Below the pieces are notes generated by a model, which saw nothing but the letters and a program-made list of their open reading frames with translations, was not told the DNA's origin and made no database searches. This document shows positions 51,532 to 62,722 of a stretch of DNA of 64,000 nucleotides, one piece after another. The translations under genes were made by a program, and so were the position numbers. Numbering within the stretch: the stretch's first letter is position 1; every line of letters begins with the position of its first letter. Origin of the DNA: Haliotis rufescens (taxonomy: Eukaryota); assembly GCF_023055435.1 (NCBI RefSeq), contig NW_025964223.1:49662001-49726000 (forward strand), written 5' to 3'.

Positions 51532-52629
51532 AGTGGTAAGTTTGAGTGGTAAAAATTCACGTCAGCTACGAGAGAAGCACAGAGAGCGAATGACACTTCC
51601 CCACAGACAGCCCGGCTGATACTCCGGAGGCGCGGACGTCGGAGGAGACACCCTGCTTGTTGTGGCTGATAGCTGCACGCTTACAAGCGCGTGTGCTTTT
51701 TCGTGTATTTGTATCCGAATAATCACTTCTTAATCAAGGAAAGTTTCAATTTCAACAATACAGTTAGGTAGTAAAAACATTTGGCTACATTTCGGTTACA
51801 ATAGCAACGCTCACGGGTGAAGTTCAAAGCCACACGTGCTGTTTCCAATGAAGCGACCCAGTCTAAAATGTAGACATCGCTACTTTCAAAAGCACATTTT
51901 TAGCCTTGAGACTCAAGTTTATGCATTTTAAACGTTGCCTGTCAATTCTCAATATATCTAACTATGAAAGTAAAACACAACACTCATCAGTATTGCCTAT
52001 GATAAGCTAGAACAAGCTTTCAAACAACGACAATGAAGCACGTTTTTCTGACGACTTCGCCATTTTGCAACAGAAAACATTTGACACTATATTTCTGGAG
52101 ACATAATTTTGGTCACTTCAATTAGAGTTGAAACTAACTTTGTCATAACAAGTAAGTAACGGGGATTTTACTTTCAGGAAAACAGTCTAGTAAGACGAGG
52201 ATCTCGGGACACAAGCAGCTAGGGCGCGAAGCCCCGAACAGTAACATATATACATTGGTGTTTAGATCACTCGATCGGTCGTCACAGATTAAGTCTTTTT
52301 GCCTGTCTTAATAGCACGATATTAGTAGGGGTCTTCGTCGTTTGGATGTTAATTTTACCAGAACAATATAGGCTACCATCCATCAACGAAAAGTGAATGT
52401 TTCAGACGAAAGGCCGGATCGAGTGAGCGAGTGTGCCGGGCCTCGTGTTAAACAGTGATCACATGTTTTTAGAACGGCTAGATTTTAATCCCTGTAAATA
52501 TACATCATAAATCAACAAACACAACATGTCTACTGAACCCGCTGAAAACGCGAGCATGCTGTTTTCATGGCAATGTCTGTTTACCAATGTGTGGTGGCTA
52601 TATGTAGCTAAAGTTTGCCGACAAGCATT

Positions 52630-52749
52630 GTCTACGGCCATACCACGTTGAAAACACCGGTTCTCGTCCGATCACCGAAGTAAAGCAACGTCGGGCCCGG
52701 AGAGTACTTGGATGGGTGACCGCCTGGGAACACCGGGTGCAGTAGACAT
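52630..52749 (+). rRNA. 5S: 5S rRNA (T53A in box A)
   Basis: GAAGTAAAGC in place of GAAGTTAAGC at 52682. Confidence 0.95.
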
Positions 52750-53974
52750 TTTTGCTGTGCGATTCCCACTTTTTTTCCTTTTTCGACCATAAGGTGCACT
52801 TGCCTCATTCACATCTGATGTAATCATACACTTTTATTTCCTTGTAAATGGCCCCACTCATGCATGTCTGCTCAAAGACATAGCTGCCAGCCATGTATTC
52901 TTACATACCTTTACAGAAAGGAATTTTCCACTATACATGTGATCATATTCAGTTGTCAGTTCACCCAACTCGTCAACTATTCTGAAGGCATGTACGTCCT
53001 TTTCGCCACATAAAGGTGTTTGCGTGCACCGATAATTGACTATTTTACTTACTTTCTTACTTTCAAAGCATGAATATATAATATATACATGTAAAATTAT
53101 AATGTTGTTCGTGTTAAGTCTCGGCTCACATCTCTTTGCCTACACAGATAAGAAAAGGAGAAAGAGTTAGATCGTACAGAGCGCCTGTCAATAGGAGTTC
53201 ACTGGCTTGCTGCTGGAAAATGTATTTTGAAAGCTGTGAGCAAGCTGATCACTGTTGACACGCTTTAAAAATATGAAAAAAAAACGACGCGACTGTGTGA
53301 TAAACCAGCTATTTTATGTTCCCCGTTCTAGCTGATCGCTGGCAAACGTACTTTAGACTTATTAGAAAGTATTTCCATACATTTCTCTCGCCATACAACA
53401 GGTAGATGTGACATGTTGCAGGTAGGGGGCTAGGCGAAACGCACACGACCAAGGGCGCACAACTCTTGGCGCTCTATTTGAAAAGTCGTGCACAGGCGAG
53501 GCGTGTGTCGGTAAAACACCCCGTGGATGTCTGGCCTTTATCGCCGTTTTACACCTTTGAACACAACGTGCATGTGCAGCTACACACATAGGAAGTCTGC
53601 ACTCAGGATATTATATATATCAACGACACTAATCGCCTCACTTTCCAACATACACCCATTTGGGGGGTTAATAAACAAGCATAACAACAGTCATTAGTGT
53701 GAAGACACACTACCCCACCCCCCCATCCCCCCCCACACACACAATAAAATCCCTGACATACCTTTATCAACATCACCTATGTGTGTTATGTGCGTGGTGG
53801 GTGTTGCTGCCACGTTATCTCTGTTATCACGAGAACCTGCACTTTATTACTGCTAATATACATATTTATTGTTTTGTTATCAGTGTTTTCAAGTTTTCTT
53901 TTGGGGTATTTGGATGGCCCTGAAAAGGGCCTTTGGACCACAGAAATGTGGAGCGAAGGCGTGACAATGAGAGC

Positions 53975-54405
53975 TTAAGCCTTCTTTGGCTTGACTGCCT
54001 TCTTCTTGGGGGTCTTGACCTTCTTGGGTTTGGCTGCTGCCTTCTTGGGTGTCTTCGCCTTCTTGGGCTTGGCTGCAGCCTTCACCTTCTTTGGTGACTT
54101 AGCGGCCTTCTTAGCGGCTGTTTTGGGTTTCTTGGCAGCAGCTGGCTTCTTGACTTTCTTGGGGGATTTGGCAGCCTTCTTTGGTTTGGCAGCTGCCTTA
54201 GCCTTCTTGGGTTTTTCGTCTTTCTTTGCCTCGCCAAGACGGAATGATCCAGCGGCTCCAGTTCCCTTTGATTGCTTCAGTGCGCCGTTCTTGACTCCAT
54301 TTTTCAAAGCAGTCTTGATGCGAGCATTGATGGCCACCTGGTTGTCACCAACCTTGTAGTTGGCCAAGATGTATTTCAGAACAGCCTGTCGGGAAGAACC
54401 ACCCC
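53975..54405 (-). pseudogene. H1: H1 3' remnant (duplicate of 49113..49543)
   Basis: Same junction, offset 4862 bp. Confidence 0.95.
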
Positions 54406-56260
54406 TTACTTACTTACTTATATTAGGAGATTTTACGTGCGCTTTCCGACTGGAGCGTATTTCGCACACGGGCCCGGCCGGGCCACTTAGTGGTATAAAA
54501 GTGGTAGCGAGAGGAGTGCAACCAAGGAGGGGGGTTTAGTGGTTGCTTATATAAAGTTTTGAAATTTTGAGATTTGGAATACATGCCTTGGGGGAGTGGT
54601 TGGGACTAAGGGAGTGTGTGGGGGTGAGTTGATGTTTTTTGGATGTTTAGTGTTGGTGGTTTAGTGAAGTTTTAAATACGGTTAATTAGTTCTGTTTTGG
54701 TTAGGTAACTGCCTAGGGCTTTGAAGTTTTCTATTTTATTTTGGGGGTTAAGGATTGCTTCTAAGGTAAGAGCGTTATTTGGATTTAGGTTGGTTTGTAA
54801 TGTTGTACGTTGTGTGAGGTAGTGGGTGCAATGTAGTAGTACGTGGTCTATTGTTTCTGGGTGAGTGCAGTGTGGGCACTTCCCGTTTGCGTGTTTTTTT
54901 AATTTTAGAAGGTGGTTATTTAGTTTGGTGTGTCCTGTTTGGAGTTTGGTGATTATTCTATCGATTTTTTTGGAGGGATGGAGGATTTTTGGTTTGGTGA
55001 GGGGTTTTTTGAGGGTTTTTAGGATTTGGGTTTTTGTGTTTTGATAGAGGTTATGCCATTTTTGGGTGATTTTACGTTTGTTTATACTTTTGATTTCTGC
55101 TTTAGATATTGGTAGCTTAAGGCTTATGTCTGGTATTTTTAGGGATTGTTTTGCGGCTCTGTCTGCGTTTTCATTCCCGTAAATTCCTACGTGAGCTGGT
55201 ATCCAGATAAGTTGTATGTTTTTGCCTGCCTCTGTTAGTTTGTTTACGCTTTTGAGAATTTGGTTTATTAATTTTGGGCGGTTTTTGGTGTTTTTGTTTT
55301 GGAGGGCCTGAAGTCCGCTTAGTGAGTCTGAGAGTATTAAGATTTTTTTTTGGTTTTTGGTGTGATGGCTGTGGAGCGCCGTGGCGATACCCATGAGCTC
55401 TGCGGTGAATATAGATTGGTTGTTTGGGAGTCGGAAGGATTGAGTATTTTTGACTGGTTGGGCTATATGGACTCCGAAACCTGTGTGATTTGTGATCGGA
55501 TCAGCGGATCCGTCTGTGTATATGTGACACCAATTTGGCCATTTTTGATGGATGTAAGCTAGTGATGTGCTTTTAGCTAGGTTTGGGTCGGTTTGTTTGT
55601 TTATTATGTTGGCTAGGGATGTGTCTATTTTGGGGATTTTAAGTTTTGGGGTGAATACGTTTGATTGTTTGCAGTTTTGTTGTTGGTTTCCTATTTGGTG
55701 TTCGTTATGGTAGTTTATTATTCGTTGGGATATTGGGGTGAGTAGAGGGTGTTTTCTAGTTAGTGCCTGGTTTTGGGGACGTATGTTTTGGTTTAGCATG
55801 TTTTGGAGAAGGGGGTTTGATTGAGATGCTGCCCAGAAGTTTAGTGTTAAGTGTTGTCTACGTAAATTTAGTGGCATTTCTCCTGTAAGGGCCTGAAGTG
55901 ATGTGAGGGAGGTGCCATGTTGAGTACGTGTTACTAGTTTGAGGGCTTGATATTGTATTGAATCTAGTTTTTTGGTTAGGGTTTCGTTTAGGGTATCGTA
56001 TATGGCACAGCCGTAGTCTAGTTTAGATCTGATTAGGGATGTGTAGAGGCTGAGGAGGGTATCTTTAGAGGCTCCCCAGTTGGAGCCGGTTAGGCATCTT
56101 AGTGTGTTTAGATCTTTGCTACATCTGGTGGTTAGGTTTTGGACGTGAGCATCCCAGGAGAGATGCTCGTCGAAGATTAGACCTAGGAATTTAGTTTGCT
56201 TTTGAAATATGATTGGTTTATTGTTTAGTTTGAGGAGAGGGGAGGCCCGTCTCATATTTT
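54406..56260 (-). mobile_element. Duplicate of the 1,855-bp LINE insertion in the next H1
   Basis: Identical junctions; one difference seen (49735 A vs 54597 T). Confidence 0.96.
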
Positions 56261-56393
56261 TCTCCTTCAGGGTTGAAATAGCTTTCTTGATCATCTCCAA
56301 ATAGGTAGGATGTGCGGCAGCCTTCTTAGGCTTGGCAGCAGCCTTCTTCTTGGGAGTCTTGACAACAGCGGGGGCAGCAGCAGCATCAGCCAT
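54672..56393 (-). CDS. Second copy of the H1(1-44)/ORF2 RNase H chimeric ORF, 573 aa
   Basis: Same translation as 49810..51531. Confidence 0.75.
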   Translation of the reverse strand: MADAAAAPAVVKTPKKKAAAKPKKAAAHPTYLEMIKKAISTLKEKNMRRASPLLKLNNKPIIFQKQTKFLGLIFDEHLSWDAHVQNLTTRCSKDLNTLRCLTGSNWGASKDTLLSLYTSLIRSKLDYGCAIYDTLNETLTKKLDSIQYQALKLVTRTQHGTSLTSLQALTGEMPLNLRRQHLTLNFWAASQSNPLLQNMLNQNIRPQNQALTRKHPLLTPISQRIINYHNEHQIGNQQQNCKQSNVFTPKLKIPKIDTSLANIINKQTDPNLAKSTSLAYIHQKWPNWCHIYTDGSADPITNHTGFGVHIAQPVKNTQSFRLPNNQSIFTAELMGIATALHSHHTKNQKKILILSDSLSGLQALQNKNTKNRPKLINQILKSVNKLTEAGKNIQLIWIPAHVGIYGNENADRAAKQSLKIPDISLKLPISKAEIKSINKRKITQKWHNLYQNTKTQILKTLKKPLTKPKILHPSKKIDRIITKLQTGHTKLNNHLLKLKKHANGKCPHCTHPETIDHVLLHCTHYLTQRTTLQTNLNPNNALTLEAILNPQNKIENFKALGSYLTKTELINRI

Positions 56394-57265
56394 AGTGGTA
56401 AGTTTGAGTGGTAAAAATTCACGTCAGCTACGAGAGAAGCACAGAGAGCGAATGACACTTCCCCACAGACAGCCCGGCTGATACTCCGGAGGCGCGGACG
56501 TCGGAGGAGACACCCTGCTTGTTGTGGCTGATAGCTGCACGCTTACAAGCGCGTGTGCTTTTTCGTGTATTTGTATCCGAATAATGGAACGAGGAAATAG
56601 AACAAACTAGGAAAAAACGTAAATCAGCCTTCAATAAAGCCAAACGCGACCATAATCACATACCGGTAGCTCACCAACTAAACCACCAAGTCCAAACACT
56701 AGTCAAAATAGCAAAAACCAGAGACTGGAAAAAATTCTGCGAGGGACTAAATAATCGCACAGATGCCAGAACAGTCTGGCGCAAAATCCACGCCGTCAGA
56801 GGCTTAAAAAAACAAAAAAAAACGCCTAACATAAACAACTCAAATACTCCCAGCGAAAAAGCAAATAACCTAGCAAACCACTTTTCGGCAATAAGTAGCA
56901 ATAACAACTTCAGCCATAAATTCAAACAAAAACTCCAGGCAGAAACCAAACCTATCCAAGAACCAAACAATAACAACCTAGAAATAAACCAACCGTACAC
57001 AATAGAAGAACTAAACCACGTACTTCAAAATAGGAAAAAAGGAACAGCCCCAGGTCTAGACTTAACTTCCTACCAAATAATCAAAAAACTCCCGCCCAAA
57101 CTACTCCAGTCACTACTAAAACTCTATAATCTAATTTATCTAAACGGCCAGGTTCCAAATCCTTGGAAAGAAGCTCTCATTATCCCCATCCCTAAACCCG
57201 GTAAACCAGCCAACCAAGCCAACTCCTATAGGCCAATATCGCTCACCTCTAACCTATGCAAAGTA

Positions 57266-59446
57266 ATGGAATCCATGGCAAAAAATAGACTCCAACACTA
57301 CTTAACCCAAAATAATATAATTAATTCAGACCAAAGCGGTTTTACTCCCGGCCGCTCAACCCTAGATAACCTAGCACGTCTAGAACAGGATATTAAAACA
57401 GGACAACTAAATAAACAATATACTACAGGCATCTTTCTGGACTTTTCCAAAGCCTTCGATATGGTATGGCACAACGGGCTAATCCAAAAACTTAAAAAAA
57501 TAGGACTAAAAGGTCAAATCATAAACTACATCCAAAGTTTCCTTAAAAACCGTAAAATCACAGTGGGTATAGACCAGGCCTTGTCGGACCAGTGTCCACT
57601 AGAAAACGGCACACCCCAAGGCAGCATTCTTAGCCCCACACTATTCAACATAATGATAAACGATCTCTTTGATGGCTTATCCCCTAAAATAAATACTTCC
57701 AAATTTGCAGATGACGGAGCCCTCTGGATCCGTTCTAAAAGTATTTTAACATCCCAGGACTTACTCCAGAAATCACTAAACAAAATACAACAATGGGCCG
57801 ATAAATGGGGGTTCTCCCTAAACACTGAAAAAACCACAGGAATAGTATTTAAACATAAAAATATGACACGGGCCACCCCCACCCTTAAACTAAACAACAA
57901 ACCAATCCAATTTCAGAAACAAACTAAATTCTTAGGACTAATATTCGACGAACATCTCTCCTGGGATGCCCACGTCCAAAACCTAACCACAAGATGTAGC
58001 AAAGATTTAAACACACTAAGATGTCTAACCGGCTCCAACTGGGGTGCCTCTAAAGATACCCTCCTCAGCCTCTATACATCCCTAATCAGATCCAAACTAG
58101 ACTACGGCTGTGCCATATACGATACCTTAAACGAAACATTAACCAAAAAACTAGATTCAATCCAATACCAAGCCCTCAAATTAGTCACACGTACCCAACA
58201 AGGCACCTCCCTTACGTCACTTCAGGCCCTCACAGGAGAAATGCCGCTAAACCTACGTAGGCAACACTTAACACTAAACTTCTGGGCAGCTTCTCAATCA
58301 AACCCTCTTCTACAAAATCTCCTAAACCTAAACATACGTCCCAAAAACCAGGCACTAACTAGGAAACACCCTCTACTCACTCCAATTTCCCAACGTATTA
58401 TAAACTACCGCAACGAACACCAAATAGGGAACCTACAACAAAACTGCAAAAAATCCAACGTATTCACCCCAAAACTTAAAATCCCCAAAATAGACACTTC
58501 CCTAGCCAAAACAATAAACAAACAAACTGACCCTAACATAGCTAAATCCACCTCACTAGCCTACATACATCAAAACTGGCCAAATTGGTGCCACATCTAC
58601 ACAGATGGATCTGCTGATCCATTCACAAATCACACAGGTTTCGGAGTCCACATAGCCCAACCAATAAGAAATACGCAATCCTTCCGACTCCCAAACAACA
58701 AATCTATCTTCACCGCAGAACTCATGGGTATCGCCACGGCCCTCCACAGCCATCACACTAAAAACCAAAATAAAATCCTAATACTCTCAGACTCACTAAG
58801 TGGACTCCAGGCCCTCCAAAGCAAAAACACCAAAAACCGCCCCAAATTAATAAACCAAATTCTCAAAAGTATAGATAAATTAACAGAGGCAGGCAAAAAC
58901 ATAGTACTCACCTGGATACCAGCCCACGTAGGAATATACGGTAATGAGAACGCCGACCAAGCCGCTAAACAGTCCCTAAAAATACCAGAGATAAGCCTTA
59001 AGCTACCAATAAGTAAATCAGAGATCAAAAGTATCAACAAACACAAAATCACCCAAAAATGGCATAGCCTCTATCAAAACACAAACACCCAAATCATAAA
59101 AGTCCTCAAAAAACCCCTTACCAAACCAAAAATCCTCCATCCATCCAAAAAAATCGATAGAATAATCACCAAACTCCAAACAGGACACACCAAACTAAAT
59201 AACCATCTTCTAAAACTAAAAAAACACGCAAACGGGAAGTGTCCACACTGCACTCACCCAGAAACCATAGACCACGTACTACTACATTGCACCCACTACC
59301 TCATCCAACGTACAACATTACAAACCAACCTAAATCCAAATAAAGCTCTTACCTTAGAAGCAATCCTCAACCCCCAAAATAAAATAGAAAACTTCAAAGC
59401 CCTAGGCATTTACCTAACCAAAACAGACCTAATTAATCGTATCTAA
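57266..59446 (+). pseudogene. Truncated ORF2 of subfamily B (RT, RNase H, CCHC), frame open
   Basis: 726 aa, colinear with 33238..35418 with mostly conservative substitutions. Confidence 0.85.
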
Positions 59447-59599
59447 AAATTCACTAAACCACCAACACTAAACATCTAAAAACAACAACTCACCCCCACA
59501 CACTCCCTTAGTCCCAACCACTCCCCCAAGGCATGTCTTCCAAATCTCAAAATTTCAAAACTTTATATAAGCAACCACTAAACCCCCCTCCTTCCCTTT

Positions 59600-61252
59600 T
59601 GTCATTATGTGGGCTTTTAGTGTTTGGAGATTACGATTTTGGTTTGGTTTTTGGTTTATAGTCCTGCGATTGCTAGGTTGTAACTATCGTAGAATTCTTG
59701 GTAGGTTTGGGTAGTTAGATTTAGTCTATGTGCTACCTGGTGTAGGTTAGTGGCTTTAAGGTCTGGTTTGATTTCTTTAAGCATGTATACTAGTAGGAGT
59801 GTGAAGCTATTTAGTTTGGTGGTTAAAGTTTCGGGTTCAGGTTGAGTTTGGGGTTTGCGTTTGCGATTTTTCAGGGTTTTGGGGGCTGAAAATGTTTTAT
59901 CATTTATGTTTTGATCAGTTGTGGTTTGGGAGTCATCTAGGTTAATTAGATTGGTTTCCTCACTATCCATGGGAGTTGTGTGGGTGTTTGGTTGTGTTGG
60001 AGTAGGTGTACTGGGTATTTCAATGGGTTTAGTAATGTTTAGTTTTTCGTGTGTTGCTTGCTCGTGTGTGGTTGTTGTTGCCCTGGTGGCTGTAGATTGT
60101 ATGGTGTTGGGGTGAGATATGGTAGGTTTAGTGAGTTTTGGTTTAGGTGCGGGTGTGGATGCGGCGACTGGTTTGGGTGTGGCGAATGTTGGCGGGTAGT
60201 GTTGGGTTTGGGTGTTTGTGGCTGATGCTTGTGGTGTTGGCATGAGGACGCCGTCGTACGGGCTCTGTAGGTGTGGTTGGTTGTTTGGTTGTGGTGTGGG
60301 TAGTAGGGGTGTTCTTGGATGCTGTGTCAGTTTTCGTGTTTGTAGTTTGGCCGAGTCGATGTTTATGTGTCGGTTGGCCTGTTGGGTGAGTGTGTGTTTG
60401 TGGGGGCATTTGTTGGATAGTGAGGAGTGGGTGTTTGTTTTGCAGTGAATGCACCAGGGGGCGCATGGCCCTAGACATTGAGGTTGAGCGCAGTTTCTAC
60501 ATTTAGTTTTTTGATATTTACATCCGTTAGCGGTGTGATTGTATTGGAGGCAGTTTGTGCACTGTTTGACTTGTTTGATATAGGGTTTAACTTCTAATTT
60601 AGATGACGCTCCGAAGGAGATGTGTTTAGGGGCTTCTGGATACGTTTCTGATTTTTGGAAGTTTATGATGACTATCGGTGTGTTGGTTATTCTACCGTTC
60701 CTATTTGATGTAATTCTTTTAGTGCTGGTTATTTTAGGTTGGGGGAAGGAGCCTGTGTTTAGATTTGCTTCGTTACTGTAGAATTCTAGGTCCTCCTCTG
60801 ACTCTCTAGGGTTTACTCTAATTACTCCTCTAGTGTATAGTTGCCAGTTTGGGGTTTGGTGGGTTACTGTGTATTGAAATATTTCCGTTATTTTTTTGGC
60901 TGCGTTAAGTGATTGTTGGTCCGGAAAGATGATCTGAAATCCTTTGTGGGCTTCCCTGATTTTATCGAAGAGTATTTGTTGTTTTTTAAAGAATGATCCT
61001 ACTTTATTGGCGGAGAGTACCTTACTTAGGATGTTTATGGGGCCAGCCGCGCAGAAGTAGAGGGCGAAGGTGACTATAGATGCGGGGGTGGAAGGTGATG
61101 CAGGTGTTGTGTTTGAAGCATTTAGCTTCCGTTTCTTTGGGTTTGTTGTGGTTGCAGGCGAATCCGGAGTTTTGGTGGGAGAAGCGACTGTGGTTTGCTT
61201 TCCGAATTCGTGCGGGATGAGGGTTTCAGGTGTCCGATCGGAGGTGTTGTGG
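59600..61252 (-). mobile_element. Inverted LINE fragment: ORF1 from about codon 24 through the first two codons of ORF2
   Basis: Colinear with 20211-21863 at a constant offset of 39389; two substitutions noticed; no tail or TSD. Confidence 0.93.
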
Positions 61253-61378
61253 TTGCACTCTTCTCGCTTCCCCTTTTATATCACTAAATGGCCCGGCCGG
61301 GCCCGTGTGCGAAATACGCTCCAGTCGGAAAGCGCACGTAAAATCCCCTAATATAAGTAAGTAAGTAAGACAAGCATT

Positions 61379-61498
61379 GTCTACGGCCATACCACGTTGA
61401 AAATACCGGTTCTCGTCCGATCACCGAAGTTAAGCAACGTCGGGCCCGGAGAGTACTTGGATGGGTGACCGCCTGGGAACACCGGGTGCAGTAGACAT
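61379..61498 (+). rRNA. 5S: 5S rRNA (C26T variant), 10 bp downstream of a LINE tail
   Basis: GAAAATACCGG at 61404; otherwise as 2333..2452. Confidence 0.97.
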
Positions 61499-62722
61499 TT
61501 TTGCTGTGCGATTCCCACTTTTTTTCTTTTTCGACCATAAGGTGCACTTGCCTCATTCACATCTGATGTAATCATACACTTTTATTTCCTTGTAAATGGC
61601 CCCACTCATGCATGTCTGCTCAAAGACATAGCTGCCAGCCATGTATTCTTACATACCTTTACAGAAAGGAATTTTCCACTATACATGTGATCATATTCAG
61701 TTGTCAGTTCACCCAACTCGTCAACTATTCTGAAGGCATGTACGTCCTTTTCGCCACATAAAGGTGTTTGCGTGCACCGATAATTGACTATTTTACTTAC
61801 TTTCTTACTTTCAAAGCATGAATATATAATATATACATGTAAAATTATAATGTTGTTCGTGTTAAGTCTCGGCTCACATCTCTTTGCCTACACAGATAAG
61901 AAAAGGAGAAAGAGTTAGATCGTACAGAGCGCCTGTCAATAGGAGTTCACTGGCTTGCTGCTGGAAAATGTATTTTGAAAGCTGTGAGCAAGCTGATCAC
62001 TGTTGACACGCTTTAAAAATATGAAAAAAAAACGACGCGACTGTGTGATAAACCAGCTATTTTATGTTCCCCGTTCTAGCTGATCGCTGGCAAACGTACT
62101 TTAGACTTATTAGAAAGTATTTCCATACATTTCTCTCGCCATACAACAGGTAGATGTGACATGTTGCAGGTAGGGGGCTAGGCGAAACGCACACGACCAA
62201 GGGCGCGCAACTCTTGGCGCTCTATTTGAAAAGTCGTGCACAGGCGAGGCGTGTGTCGGTAAAACACCCCGTGGATGTCTGGCCTTTATCGCCGTTTTAC
62301 ACCTTTGAACACAACGTGCATGTGCAGCTACACACATAGGAAGTCTGCACTCAGGATATTATATATATCAACGACACTAATCGCCTCACTTTCCAACATA
62401 CACCCATTTGGGGGGTTAATAAACAAGCATAACAACAGTCATTAGTGTGAAGACACACTACCCCACCCCCCCATCCCCCCCCACACACACAATAAAATCC
62501 CTGACATACCTTTATCAACATCACCTATGTGTGTTATGTGCGTGGTGGGTGTTGCTGCCACGTTATCTCTGTTATCACGAGAACCTGCACTTTATTACTG
62601 CTAATATACATATTTATTGTTTTGTTATCAGTGTTTTCAAGTTTTCTTTTGGGGTATTTGGATGGCCCTGAAAAGGGCCTTTGGACCACAGAAATGTGGA
62701 GCGAAGGCGTGACAATGAGAGC

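Larger units (their letters stand above)
56586..61368 (+). mobile_element. Composite LINE: 5'-truncated divergent subfamily B copy with an inverted ORF1 fragment in its 3' UTR, ending 10 bp before 5S
   Basis: Starts in ORF2 at (W)NEEIE; many silent differences from subfamily A; 3' UTR split at ~59593 and ~61250; tail followed by GACAAGCATT and 5S. Confidence 0.93.
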
